From assembly GCA_951801825.1 (NCBI GenBank), contig CATOOF010000002.1:100441-164440 (forward strand): a stretch of 64,000 nucleotides of DNA, written 5' to 3'. Under the pieces are notes generated by a model. It was not told the DNA's origin. It did not search any database and saw nothing but the letters and a program-made list of their open reading frames with translations. The stretch is from an uncultured Alphaproteobacteria bacterium. Its GTDB lineage: Bacteria > Pseudomonadota > Alphaproteobacteria > Rs-D84. Of this stretch, positions 52,529 to 62,419 are shown in pieces (position 1 is the first letter of the stretch; each line of letters opens with the position of its first letter). The position numbers were made by a program, and so were the translations under genes.

Positions 52529-53331
52529 GTTTTTAAGGCCTCCCGCCAGTGTGGAATTGTTATATTGAAATCTTGCTTGATTTTATCTTTTGATAAAACG
52601 CTGTATGCGGGACGCGTGGCCCGTGTTGGGTATGCAGATGTAGGTATTGGATTTACCCGGCATGACAGTCCCGACAGTTCCATAATCGCACAGGCAAAAT
52701 CATACCAGCTGCATACGCCCTCGTTTGTAAAGTGGTATACTTCTTTCATGCCATTGCGCATTTGCGGCAATATTGTAACAATTGCCGCCGCCAGATCCGC
52801 GGCCGCGGTTGGGGTGCCTATTTGGTCGCATACAACATTTATTGATTCTTTTTCCGCGCCCAATCTGCGCATAGTTTTTACAAAGTTGTTGCCATATGGC
52901 GAATACAGCCACGCCGTGCGGATAACAACCGCCGCGCATGCGTTTTCCAGTACGGCGATTTCGCCGGCGCGCTTGGTTCGGCCGTATACGGATACCGGTG
53001 TGGTTTCGGCATCAGGCTCATATGGCGTGTGGGCGCATCCGTCAAATACATAATCGGTTGATACGTGTATTACCCGTGCACCCGATTTGGCCAGGTTTTC
53101 CGGACCGGTAACGTTTACGCGCCGGGCGGCGTCTTCATCGTCTTCGGCACGGTCTACGGCCGTGTATGCGGCACAGTTGATAATAGTGTCTATGTTGTTG
53201 GTGCGGACAAAATCGCGGACGGCGTCTGCATCTGTTATGTCCAATGTGTCAGAGTCTGTTAAAATAGCCTGGGGCAATAATTTTGCCAATTCCTGGCCCA
53301 GCTGGCCGCGACTACCGGTTATTAGGTACAT
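52510..53331 (-). CDS. rfbD: dTDP-4-dehydrorhamnose reductase
   Basis: ITGSRGQLG, NCAAYTAVD, STDYVFDG, YGRTK. Confidence 0.97.
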   Translation of the reverse strand: MYLITGSRGQLGQELAKLLPQAILTDSDTLDITDADAVRDFVRTNNIDTIINCAAYTAVDRAEDDEDAARRVNVTGPENLAKSGARVIHVSTDYVFDGCAHTPYEPDAETTPVSVYGRTKRAGEIAVLENACAAVVIRTAWLYSPYGNNFVKTMRRLGAEKESINVVCDQIGTPTAAADLAAAIVTILPQMRNGMKEVYHFTNEGVCSWYDFACAIMELSGLSCRVNPIPTSAYPTRATRPAYSVLSKDKIKQDFNITIPHWREALKTCLKQF

Positions 53332-53860
53332 CTTTTAATCCCTTTGCAATTCTGTCTTTTTCGGACGTGATAATTTTATCGGCCGGCACTTTCCAGTCGA
53401 TGCCGATTTCCGGATCGTCGAAACGAATTCCGAACTCTGATTCCGGATGGTACAGGTTGTCGCATTTATACGCGAAAACTGCCGTATCGCTTAACACGGA
53501 AAATCCGTGCAGGAATCCGCGCGGAATAAACAGCTGGCGCTGGTTTTCGTCCGATAGCTCGACTGCAACGTGTTTGCCGAATGTGGGTGAACCGGGGCGG
53601 ATATCCACCGCCACGTCCAAAACGCGCCCGTGCAGTACGCGCACCAGTTTTGCCTGGGCGTGCTCGCCGGTCTGGCAATGCAGGCCGCGCACAACACCAT
53701 AAGATGATTTGGACTGGTTGTCCTGAACAAACCTGTTGGTTATTCCGGCACGGTTAAACTCTGCCTCGTTATAACTTTCAAAAAAGTAACCGCGTGCATC
53801 TGAAAATATGCGTGGTTCTATGATAATAACCCCGTCGATATCCGTTTTAATAAAGTTCAT
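53312..53860 (-). CDS. rfbC: dTDP-4-dehydrorhamnose 3,5-epimerase
   Basis: D-RGYFFE, FVQDNQS, RGLH, PRGFLHGF. Confidence 0.97.
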   Translation of the reverse strand: MNFIKTDIDGVIIIEPRIFSDARGYFFESYNEAEFNRAGITNRFVQDNQSKSSYGVVRGLHCQTGEHAQAKLVRVLHGRVLDVAVDIRPGSPTFGKHVAVELSDENQRQLFIPRGFLHGFSVLSDTAVFAYKCDNLYHPESEFGIRFDDPEIGIDWKVPADKIITSEKDRIAKGLKDVPNNR

Positions 53861-54737
53861 GTTTGTCTTCTCCCGCTACTTTGATTAGATAAGATTTATA
53901 GTCGCTGTTTTTTAAGCCAGCAATAATTTTGTTTAATTGTGCGTTGTCAATAAATCCGCGGCGATATGCAATTTCCTCGATACAGGCGATTTTCAGGCCC
54001 TGGCGCTCTTCTATAATCTGAACGAAATTCCCGGATTCCATAAGGCTTTTTGGCGTGCCCGCATCCAGCCATGCATTCCCGCGACGCATTGGCACGACCG
54101 ACATTCTGTGTTCTGACAGATACATGTTGTTCAGGTCGGTTATTTCCAGTTCCCCGCGTGCCGACGGGACCAGTGTTTTTGCCTTGGCTACAACATCGCC
54201 TGGATAGAAGTACAGTCCAACTGAGGCAAAGTTTGATTTTGGGTTTTGAGGTTTTTCCTCAATCGATACCGCGTTTAAATTGTCATCAAATTCAACCACG
54301 CCGAAACGCTGGGGGTCGGATACGTGATATGCAAATATTGTTGCCCGATGACCGGCGTTTTTAACAACCTCTTGCTGAAACCAGCGGAATTGTTCGCCCA
54401 TATAGAAAATATTGTCGCCCAGTATCAGACAAACGTCATCGGTGCCTATAAAATCTGCACCAATTGTAAATGCCTGGGCGATGCCTTTTGGCTCTGGCTG
54501 AACGGCGTATTGTATGCGCAACCCCAGTGCACTGCCGTCGCCAAACAGGCGCTCTATATTTGGGGTGTCTTGGGGTGTGGATATGATTAAAATATCACGG
54601 ATATCAAACTGCATCAGGGTTGACAGCGGATAATAAATCATAGGCTTGTCATAAACCGGCAGCAATTGTTTAGACGTTGTCTTGGTCAGCGGGTAAAGGC
54701 GCGTTCCACTGCCGCCGGCCAGTATTATTCCTTTCAT
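53847..54737 (-). CDS. rfbA: Glucose-1-phosphate thymidylyltransferase
   Basis: GIILAGGSGTRLYP, SKQLLPVYDKPMIYYP, EKP, RGELEITD. Confidence 0.98.
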   Translation of the reverse strand: MKGIILAGGSGTRLYPLTKTTSKQLLPVYDKPMIYYPLSTLMQFDIRDILIISTPQDTPNIERLFGDGSALGLRIQYAVQPEPKGIAQAFTIGADFIGTDDVCLILGDNIFYMGEQFRWFQQEVVKNAGHRATIFAYHVSDPQRFGVVEFDDNLNAVSIEEKPQNPKSNFASVGLYFYPGDVVAKAKTLVPSARGELEITDLNNMYLSEHRMSVVPMRRGNAWLDAGTPKSLMESGNFVQIIEERQGLKIACIEEIAYRRGFIDNAQLNKIIAGLKNSDYKSYLIKVAGEDKHELY

Positions 54738-54872
54738 ATTCGGTGTTCTCCTAAGTTATTGTTATAATAATAGATTAAATTCAGCGCATTTTGCAAACAA
54801 CTTTTTCCGTGTTTTTTTACTTGCGCGGCCGGATGTATGCTGTTAAAATTTAGGCTACGCCTGTGCACCTGT

Positions 54873-54959
54873 GGGGATATGGCGGAATGGTAGACGCTGA
54901 GGACTTAAAATCCTTTGGTTATTGCAACCGTGTGGGTTCGAGTCCCACTATCCCCACCA
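54873..54959 (+). tRNA. tRNA-Leu(TAA)
   Basis: Anticodon loop cttaaaa; long variable arm; CCA. Confidence 0.95.
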
Positions 54960-54969
54960 GAAATCTGTC

Positions 54970-55046
54970 GGATGTGTAGCTCAGTTGGTTAGAGCGCTTC
55001 GTTCACATCGAAGAGGTCGTCGGTTCGAGTCCAATCACATCCACCA
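54970..55046 (+). tRNA. tRNA-Val(CAC)
   Basis: Acceptor ggatgtg/cacatcc; anticodon loop ttcacat; CCA. Confidence 0.95.
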
Positions 55047-55096
55047 TGTAAAATAAAAGAACCGCCAGCAATGGCGGTTCTTTTATCGTGTATCCT

Positions 55097-55414
55097 TTAT
55101 CGCAACCCTTTTGCGCGGCAGCATGCCGCCGCCGCCGTGCGCCAGTCGGAATATTGTTTCGACGGGTCGCGCAAATCTTTCCATGCCTGCCAGCCGTTGC
55201 ATTTTTTATTCGCGCCGGTTCCGGTGCATTTAGCATAGCGGCGCAATGAACATGTTTGGTTTGAAACCTTGCCTGTATCGGTTGTGCATTTTACAACAAC
55301 ATTCTGGTTTTTTGCGTCGTTTTTGCCTAATTCTTTGGATGACATTACCTGGTATGCGTTTGCCGTGGTCAGCGCTGTGCCACAGATTAAAATAGCAGTC
55401 AATATTTTTTTCAT
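55097..55414 (-). CDS. Small secreted basic Cys-rich protein
   Basis: Signal peptide (ANA|Y), 6 Cys in the mature part, RBS aggagg. Confidence 0.8.
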   Translation of the reverse strand: MKKILTAILICGTALTTANAYQVMSSKELGKNDAKNQNVVVKCTTDTGKVSNQTCSLRRYAKCTGTGANKKCNGWQAWKDLRDPSKQYSDWRTAAAACCRAKGLR

Positions 55415-55518
55415 GGCTGGTGTCCTCCTCTTTTTTAGTTGTTTATATGTAAATTATAAGAGAAAAACAAATGAAAAACAACGGGTATTTTGTCTGGTTT
55501 GCGGATTGGCCGCCGCGG

Positions 55519-57270
55519 CTAGTGCTGGGATGCGGATGCGGTTGACCATGGCTGGTCGTTCATAATCAGATAATATAGCGCGGCATCGGCCTCGCCCGGG
55601 TTGCGAATTACCGGACGTACCACGTAAATATCTATGTTACAGTGTTGGGTGCCCTGTTCTTGCTGGTGCTGGGTTAAATCTTGCCAGACTTTTTCTGCAA
55701 AATCCATTGCCTGGAGATATGCCGCATCATCATCCGCTGCACTGACCGAATCGCCCGCCCACATCAGCCACATGCCATAGTTAACGACGTTTTCCTGGCC
55801 CTGTAAATCATCCGCCGACAGCAGTAACAGCGGCTTGAAATCAATACCACTGGTATAGTCGCCGGTGCTGGTTTCCGTCCAATCGTAAGTTTCACCAGCC
55901 AGACTGATAGCGCCATATAACAGACCGCCGGCCTCTTCTAGTTTTGCAACCTTTCCGATGTTTTTCATTGTTGAGTGAAACAGCCAGTCCCGTACTTTTC
56001 CGGACTGGGTGCTGCTGCGTGCAACTTTTGCGCCGCGGTTTAACGTCTTTGCCCCAGTGTTTGCGGCCTTTAGGCTGCGCCAGGCGCGTGCGGCAATATT
56101 GCCACGCTGTGCCGGTTTCTTGATGGCACGCAGATTTCGTTTGTATTTGTTAAGGTCTGCGAATGTGTCCGCCGATGTTTTAAATTTTTTTACATTGTCG
56201 TCTGTGCGCTCCATCGTGCGCATCGCATCGCCCAGCTGTTTTAGTTCATCTGATTTGCGCGCATATGCGGCGGCATCCGTGGCTTTGTCTATTTTTTTTA
56301 ATTCTTCGGCTGCACGCGAATATTTACTGCCAATGCGTATGTATTTTTGCACGGATTCTGTTTGACGCAGGGTTCGCATTGATGCGCTCAGACCTTTTAG
56401 TGCACGCGATGCGCGGGCCGCCTTGGTCGCCCCCAGAACCACCGCGCCGCCCCCGAAAGTTACGGCGGTTATTACAATGTCCAGTGCAATTTCCGTATAT
56501 GATATCCACTGCAGATTGACATCGCCGGCGACATAGTAATCATTTGTGTCGTCTTCTATATTTACCGCTTTTGCGACGGCTTCGTTGATTTCGTCATTGT
56601 CCAGGGCCAGTGCGCTTTTGCTGGTACAGTGATATCCGCGGGGATAAAGGCTGTCGATGTTATCGTTTATATATTTCATCGATATCGTATTATTTTTCCC
56701 AGGGCCGGCAAAATCACGCAGTGCGCCCGCCTCTACCACCATGATACCGTACCAGGCCGGGTCTGTATTCGTCCATATTGCCGTATCGCCGATGGCGCCA
56801 ATGCGCGGGCTGGGGTTTTTATCTGGCAGTGTGCGCTTGTTCGCAATGGACATGCGTTGATTCAGAATGCGCGGCTGGGTTTCATAATTTATAACAATAT
56901 GACGGCCGGCCGGAAATGTATATTCAATCGGGATAAATCTTATATCGTCGCCGGGGGCCGCACTCGCGATTTCCGGGCAGGCCAAAACCTGTTCCAGAAC
57001 CGCCGGCTTAGAGAATGTGTTGTAAATCCACTGCTGAATTTCTGCCTCTGAAGATTGTTCTGTTACATCGGATACCGCCGCCGCCAATGCGTCTGCAAAA
57101 ACCTTGGTTGCGCATTGCGTGTTTGTTGTATCTGTTCGAATTAAATCGTCAATTGAAACCATGTCGGGCGTATCTGGCTCGGCCGCCGGCACCTCAATCC
57201 CGGCAACAGCATTCGCCCTATGCGTAGAAAAAATCAGGCATGTACATAATATCAGCCGGTATAATTTCAT
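55519..57270 (-). CDS. Secreted protein with hydrophobic hairpin and long basic helical region
   Basis: Signal peptide; IALDIVITAVTFGGGAVVLG segment followed by A/K/R-rich helices; ATGA-coupled to the upstream gene. Confidence 0.8.
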   Translation of the reverse strand: MKLYRLILCTCLIFSTHRANAVAGIEVPAAEPDTPDMVSIDDLIRTDTTNTQCATKVFADALAAAVSDVTEQSSEAEIQQWIYNTFSKPAVLEQVLACPEIASAAPGDDIRFIPIEYTFPAGRHIVINYETQPRILNQRMSIANKRTLPDKNPSPRIGAIGDTAIWTNTDPAWYGIMVVEAGALRDFAGPGKNNTISMKYINDNIDSLYPRGYHCTSKSALALDNDEINEAVAKAVNIEDDTNDYYVAGDVNLQWISYTEIALDIVITAVTFGGGAVVLGATKAARASRALKGLSASMRTLRQTESVQKYIRIGSKYSRAAEELKKIDKATDAAAYARKSDELKQLGDAMRTMERTDDNVKKFKTSADTFADLNKYKRNLRAIKKPAQRGNIAARAWRSLKAANTGAKTLNRGAKVARSSTQSGKVRDWLFHSTMKNIGKVAKLEEAGGLLYGAISLAGETYDWTETSTGDYTSGIDFKPLLLLSADDLQGQENVVNYGMWLMWAGDSVSAADDDAAYLQAMDFAEKVWQDLTQHQQEQGTQHCNIDIYVVRPVIRNPGEADAALYYLIMNDQPWSTASASQH

Positions 57271-58223
57271 AGCCCCGCCCCAATGCCGCATTCTTGTTGC
57301 ATTTGTTGACGTAATTGCTGAACCCGCTGTATCAGTCTGTCGTAGGGATTTTCTGTCGATGCGGTACCCGACTGGACCGCCGCGCCAGAGCTGGCCGAGC
57401 CGGATTGTGGTTGTGAATTAATCGATCGGCAGGTGTTGCCCTCCCGTACATAGCCCTGTTCTTGGTTGCAGTCCCATTTCCAGCAAACATTTTCCACATC
57501 AGGCAACCATACTATCGCGGCGCCGTCTGTTCCGGATTCCGGCTCGGATTGATTCGCGCACCATCTGGGTCTGCATTCTTTTTCCCATTCATCATCTTCC
57601 CACAGGCCATCCCACCATGAGGCCGCCTGGGCTTTGCCGCCCTGTAGGCACTGGCGCACGCCGGGGGGCATTGCCGTACCGTCTTTGCCACAGAACATAT
57701 ATCCGCCGATTGGAACCTGGCGTTGCCCTTGATTAAATACAGTGTTGCAGCATGTAAACTGGCCTGTTATTGGGTCATGCAGGCAGTCTGTTTCCGATAA
57801 TATCTGTGAGCCGCTAACAACGCCGCCAACCACAGCCCCTATGCCGGCCCCAAGTGCCGTTCCCAGGCCCGGTACGATTGAGCCAATAGATGTGCCCATA
57901 ATTGCACCGCTGGCCGTGCCGCCGGCAACATTCATCAGGCCATGTTCGTCCTGACCACTGGCAGATTCATATACACCGTATGCACCGGCCGCGGCACCCA
58001 GTACGCCCACCGCCGCATTTTTAATGCCCACCCCCTTTGGCTTTGGTAACGCGTTTGGATTAGGTGTCGTTTTCTGGTGTACTGTTTGAATATAGCCACC
58101 CGGATTAGATATATTGCCTAAATCAATCGTTTGTGCCGGGGCGACCGATACGGCACCATATGCCGACGGGTGCGCGGCAATTATGCATAACAACACTAAA
58201 AATCCAAGGATTCCTTTTTTCAT
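57267..58223 (-). CDS. Secreted glycine-zipper / Cys-rich protein
   Basis: GxxxG zippers (GTALGAGIGAVVGGVVSG) followed by a Cys-rich domain. Confidence 0.8.
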   Translation of the reverse strand: MKKGILGFLVLLCIIAAHPSAYGAVSVAPAQTIDLGNISNPGGYIQTVHQKTTPNPNALPKPKGVGIKNAAVGVLGAAAGAYGVYESASGQDEHGLMNVAGGTASGAIMGTSIGSIVPGLGTALGAGIGAVVGGVVSGSQILSETDCLHDPITGQFTCCNTVFNQGQRQVPIGGYMFCGKDGTAMPPGVRQCLQGGKAQAASWWDGLWEDDEWEKECRPRWCANQSEPESGTDGAAIVWLPDVENVCWKWDCNQEQGYVREGNTCRSINSQPQSGSASSGAAVQSGTASTENPYDRLIQRVQQLRQQMQQECGIGAGL

Positions 58224-58228
58224 CTATC

Positions 58229-59110
58229 TTAGTAATATGTTCCCTGGGTGTGACAGTCGGCGATAGGCGTCCCGGCCGCCTGGCAACGTTGCAACGTTGC
58301 CAGGTCCGCATCCAATACATTCATTGTTGTACCGTATCTTAGCTCACAGAATTGCTGTTTTAAGCGGGCCGTTTCCAACTGACGTGTTGCGGCGTCTTTT
58401 TTGCTTTCCAACTTGATTCCGTTATAGGCCTTGGCATCCTTGTACGGGGCATAACCGGCGGCCAGATTTTCCATACGGTCCGCAAACGGAATATCGTTTA
58501 TTGTCGTTGGAAAATCAGCCTTGGCTATATGTTCTGTTCCGGTGCCGTTTTGTGACTGTAACTGTTGTAGTTCTATTGTGCGCTCTTTTACATCTGTGGC
58601 CCAGTCCGGAATTTTGGGCGCATATGGATTTTTTATTTTAAAGTCATTGTTTTCAGATGTTGCCGCCGGTGCCGTCGCGGACGGGAACGTTGTCGGGCGC
58701 ACTGTATTTGCGTATTGGTTCACATATGTTTGAAATGCATCATCAATATATCCCGCACAGGCGGTTGCAAAATTATGTCCCGGCAGTCGCGACAGTTCCA
58801 GCATAATCGTCGGCCGAATATCTGACAGCTGTTTGCCAACGCATTTGTTCTGTGCGGTACATTGCGCGGCAACCAAATTTGCAACAATATTTTGGCATTC
58901 GTCCGTGGAAACATCCGGGCCGGTTGCATAAACCGGTGTCGGCATGACACGCTGATTATAAGGGGCATTAGGACTCCAAAACGGGTTGGAGGAATAGTTT
59001 TGGACATTTTGAATCTGGCCGTATTGGGACAGCGGCGCCACCGCATTGGCGCCACCCATGCCCAGCATGACAGATATGCCAGCAATAAAATATCGGATAC
59101 TTATTCTCAT
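58229..59110 (-). CDS. Secreted hypothetical protein
   Basis: Signal peptide (ANA|V), paired Cys residues. Confidence 0.8.
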   Translation of the reverse strand: MRISIRYFIAGISVMLGMGGANAVAPLSQYGQIQNVQNYSSNPFWSPNAPYNQRVMPTPVYATGPDVSTDECQNIVANLVAAQCTAQNKCVGKQLSDIRPTIMLELSRLPGHNFATACAGYIDDAFQTYVNQYANTVRPTTFPSATAPAATSENNDFKIKNPYAPKIPDWATDVKERTIELQQLQSQNGTGTEHIAKADFPTTINDIPFADRMENLAAGYAPYKDAKAYNGIKLESKKDAATRQLETARLKQQFCELRYGTTMNVLDADLATLQRCQAAGTPIADCHTQGTYY

Positions 59111-59137
59111 CCTTGTTAATCCCTATATGTTAATTAA

Positions 59138-59623
59138 TTATAACAAAAACAGGTTTCCAAGGAAAGATAAAATTCCACCAATTATAAAGAATGGCGCAAA
59201 GGGAATATATTTCTGTTTTTTACAGCGCCCCCAAATGATTCCGCCAATGCATGCAATAACCAGCGCCCATGCCAAACCGTCCGGCCCCAGCCATATTCCG
59301 CCGGTAAAAATTAGTTTTATATCGCCCATCCCGATTGGTGTTGCGGCGTCCGGATTTCTGCGGCGAATATAGTAATCAAATGCAAACCCTATCAGTGTCG
59401 CCAGCACGTATCCGAATGTTGCGCCAATAATTGCAATCCGTATTCCGTGGAGCCACGGGAAAAATGTGGTTACAATCAGGCCGATAATCATAAATGGGAA
59501 CAGATATGCGTCCGGAATTATCCGCCGGCGCCAGTCGGCCACCGCCATTTGATACATGCACCATATCGCAGTGACTAATAAAAAGCCGAAAAATCCGTAA
59601 TATACCAATGCATAATAATTCAT
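59138..59623 (-). CDS. Prepilin peptidase (A24, CpaA-like, no methylase domain)
   Basis: Two catalytic Asp motifs ADWRRRIIPD and IGMGDIKL, C-terminal IPFAPF. Confidence 0.88.
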   Translation of the reverse strand: MNYYALVYYGFFGFLLVTAIWCMYQMAVADWRRRIIPDAYLFPFMIIGLIVTTFFPWLHGIRIAIIGATFGYVLATLIGFAFDYYIRRRNPDAATPIGMGDIKLIFTGGIWLGPDGLAWALVIACIGGIIWGRCKKQKYIPFAPFFIIGGILSFLGNLFLL

Positions 59624-59698
59624 ATTTTTCCCCCTTGCCTTTCGATTCGGAACTATGCTACAATATTACATAATAAAGTATAACAGGGGTATATAAAA

Positions 59699-60289
59699 AT
59701 GAGCAAGGGTTGGGATAACGCAATGCTGAAAAAGTTAAAGGCATTGACGGGCAAAGGTTTGTCCACGGCCGAGATTGGCAAAAAACTGGGGATGTCGAAA
59801 AATGCCGTTGTTGGCAAACTGAACAGACTGGGCTGGAATTCCAAGGCCGGTGGCGCCCCCGTCGCCAAGAAAGAGGAACAGGTTTCAAAAAAAGAAACCA
59901 AGTCTGCGCCGCGTGCGGCAAAAAAGGTTGAGGCGCCCGCGGCCAAGGCACCGGCCAAGAAAGCGCCCGCCGTGGCGAAAAAGGCAGCCGCCGCCCCTAA
60001 GAAAGATGCGCCCGCAAAAAAAGAAACGGCGGCCGCACCAAAAAAAGAGGTAAAGGCGCCACGCGTTTCGTCGGGCAAGTCCATGAATAAAACACTGGCC
60101 ATGCACCAGCGGATAATTCAACATTCACTGGAAATGGCAAACCTGAAGCCAAACCAGTGTCGCTGGCCGATTGGTGATCCGGATTCAGAGCATTTTCATT
60201 TTTGCGGTGATCAGGTGTTTGTAGGAAAGCCATATTGTTATGAACACTGTAAACAGGCGTATCAGTTTACGGCGCCGAAAAAGAAATAA
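59699..60289 (+). CDS. gcrA: Cell-cycle regulator GcrA
   Basis: N-terminal HTH (GLSTAEIG--LG-SKNAVVGK--RLG), C-terminal L---QCRWPIGDP---FHFCG...PYC--HC--AY. Confidence 0.93.
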   Translation: MSKGWDNAMLKKLKALTGKGLSTAEIGKKLGMSKNAVVGKLNRLGWNSKAGGAPVAKKEEQVSKKETKSAPRAAKKVEAPAAKAPAKKAPAVAKKAAAAPKKDAPAKKETAAAPKKEVKAPRVSSGKSMNKTLAMHQRIIQHSLEMANLKPNQCRWPIGDPDSEHFHFCGDQVFVGKPYCYEHCKQAYQFTAPKKK

Positions 60290-60310
60290 TTCTGTGTGAG
60301 GGGACGGAAA

Positions 60311-62392
60311 ATGGCAGCCAAGAGAGAGAATGTTTCGAAAAGCAATGGTTTGGGCGCTCTGCGCATGCGTGCGTATAATATTGCCGGAAATAAAATACGC
60401 GCATTTTTTGATGCCTCTGATAAACTTGTTTTTGTTATCGATGATACGGTCACGCCGGACAAACCAAATGCATTACTGGTCATAAATTCTGATGATGACA
60501 GAAAATGGGATGAGATTTTGGCCAAGGATTACGGCGTTTCACTGGAAATGGTTCGGCCTAAAAAAGACAACAAGTATCAAAAGCTGGATATTGAATATAT
60601 TGGGCTGGACGAATATGGCGATTTGATTGCAGATTTTGAAGAAGGCGCGGATATCGAAGATTCGCTGGCGGCGCTGAATATCTTTCGTGAGGACGCATCG
60701 CGCCAGGCGGCCACGGATCGTCTGCGTGCGGCCGATGCGGCCGCAGAAAACGCCCGCGAGACAATAGCAAAGGCCCGTGATTCAATTTCGGAACTGGGGG
60801 GGCGAATAAAAACATTAAAAACCAGACTTGGTCAGCAGCGCAAGGACGTTGGACGTGAGCCGACCAAACAGTCGGCGGCAAAAATACTGCGTACGGAATC
60901 ACAAATAGATGCGCTAAAAGAAAAACAGCGCCGTGCAGAGCGGCGTCTGGAAAATGCCCGCCGCAGGCTGGTGTCGGCAGAGGAAGACGCGGGAATCGCG
61001 CGTGAGATACTGGCGCGCGGCGCCAATGCCGTCGCGGCGCCGGTTCCGGCGGTGGTTGGCGAACGCGCGGTCGCACCGGTTAGGAACACGTCTGATTTGC
61101 CCGTGGCGGTGGCGCCTGTACAAGACTTTGCGGATATGGAACCCAAACAAATTACTGCACAACAATCAGAACAAAAGGCAAAAAATATGGCCGAAGAAGT
61201 AAAACCCTTGTTTGAAAAAGACCCTGAAATTTTGGATGAAGAAATTGCATTCAAGCCCATAGATTTTAGTGTTACGCCCACTGTTGCACCCGCGGATAAT
61301 GCGATGCCGCGGTTTGATGATGCGGCGGAAACCGTTGCGCCGGCGCCGCTGTCGTTTGTGCCGCCAATCAATGCCGATATGGACAGTGATGCGACACAAA
61401 TGGCGCGGACGACGCCTGTTTTGGATACAATTACATCCGTGGAAATACCAGAGCAGTTTGTAGACCAGGCTGTTCCATCCCAGAATGTTGCGCCCCAGAA
61501 TATGGCCGAACCGTTTGTTATGCCGGCACCTACCCCCATTATTAGTGGTGCGGATGAAAACACGGCGCGGCCCGCACCGGTTAGTCCGGCGGTTCCAGGA
61601 GGGGCGCCCGCGGCCGCGGTGCGACCTGTGTCGCCTGTGACGGGCATGCCTGCATCTGATGTGGTTCGCGGTGGTGATACGGGCGGGCGTCGGCCGACAT
61701 TCATGTATTATGTATTGCTGATTGCGTTGATTGTGTTGTCAATATTTACATTGTGGCTGTACCAGAAAAAGAACAATGATACTGTGCCTGATTTGGCAGC
61801 AACCGTAACGACGCAACAAAAAGATGCGCCTGAAAAGACATCTGAAACAGAGGCGCCATCGGAAAGTCCTTTTATCGTGACACAACAAGAGTCCGTTGTT
61901 ATTGAAGAGCCTGTGGCCCCCGCCCCCGCCCCTGTTGTTCAGGAAATGCCGGAACCAGAGCCGATTGCGCAAGAGCCGGCCGCACCGGTAGTTGATGAGA
62001 CTGTTCCGGCAATACCGGTTGTGGCAGAGCCTGCGGTTGTTCAAATGCCAGAAGAAACACCGTTTTTGACAGAACCGGAACCAGAGCCGGAACCTGTAAA
62101 GCCGGTTGTTGTAAACAAGCCGGCATATAACGCGGGATCGCAGAATGAAAATATGTTTGTTGCGGATGCGGGGTATGACACTGAAAAGGTTTCGGCCCAG
62201 GAACCGGCGCCGGTGGTATACGAGGATACAACCATTGTTCAGGAAAGCGTCGGGTCAGGCCTGGTTTGCGATGATGGCGGCACGCCGGATGTAAACGGCT
62301 GTTGCGGTGATGAGCGATATACCGATACCGGCGACGGAACGTATGCATGTTGTTCCGCGTCCAGCGGCGAATGCTATGAACCCATGTTTTAA
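60311..62392 (+). CDS. Large bitopic membrane protein (coiled coil, Pro/Ala-rich region, TM, Pro/Glu-rich region, Cys-rich tip)
   Basis: TM FMYYVLLIALIVLSIFTLWLY; RBS gagggg before ATG 60311. Confidence 0.8.
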   Translation: MAAKRENVSKSNGLGALRMRAYNIAGNKIRAFFDASDKLVFVIDDTVTPDKPNALLVINSDDDRKWDEILAKDYGVSLEMVRPKKDNKYQKLDIEYIGLDEYGDLIADFEEGADIEDSLAALNIFREDASRQAATDRLRAADAAAENARETIAKARDSISELGGRIKTLKTRLGQQRKDVGREPTKQSAAKILRTESQIDALKEKQRRAERRLENARRRLVSAEEDAGIAREILARGANAVAAPVPAVVGERAVAPVRNTSDLPVAVAPVQDFADMEPKQITAQQSEQKAKNMAEEVKPLFEKDPEILDEEIAFKPIDFSVTPTVAPADNAMPRFDDAAETVAPAPLSFVPPINADMDSDATQMARTTPVLDTITSVEIPEQFVDQAVPSQNVAPQNMAEPFVMPAPTPIISGADENTARPAPVSPAVPGGAPAAAVRPVSPVTGMPASDVVRGGDTGGRRPTFMYYVLLIALIVLSIFTLWLYQKKNNDTVPDLAATVTTQQKDAPEKTSETEAPSESPFIVTQQESVVIEEPVAPAPAPVVQEMPEPEPIAQEPAAPVVDETVPAIPVVAEPAVVQMPEETPFLTEPEPEPEPVKPVVVNKPAYNAGSQNENMFVADAGYDTEKVSAQEPAPVVYEDTTIVQESVGSGLVCDDGGTPDVNGCCGDERYTDTGDGTYACCSASSGECYEPMF

Positions 62393-62419
62393 TAAAAAAA
62401 CGCCCCGAAAGGGGCTTTT

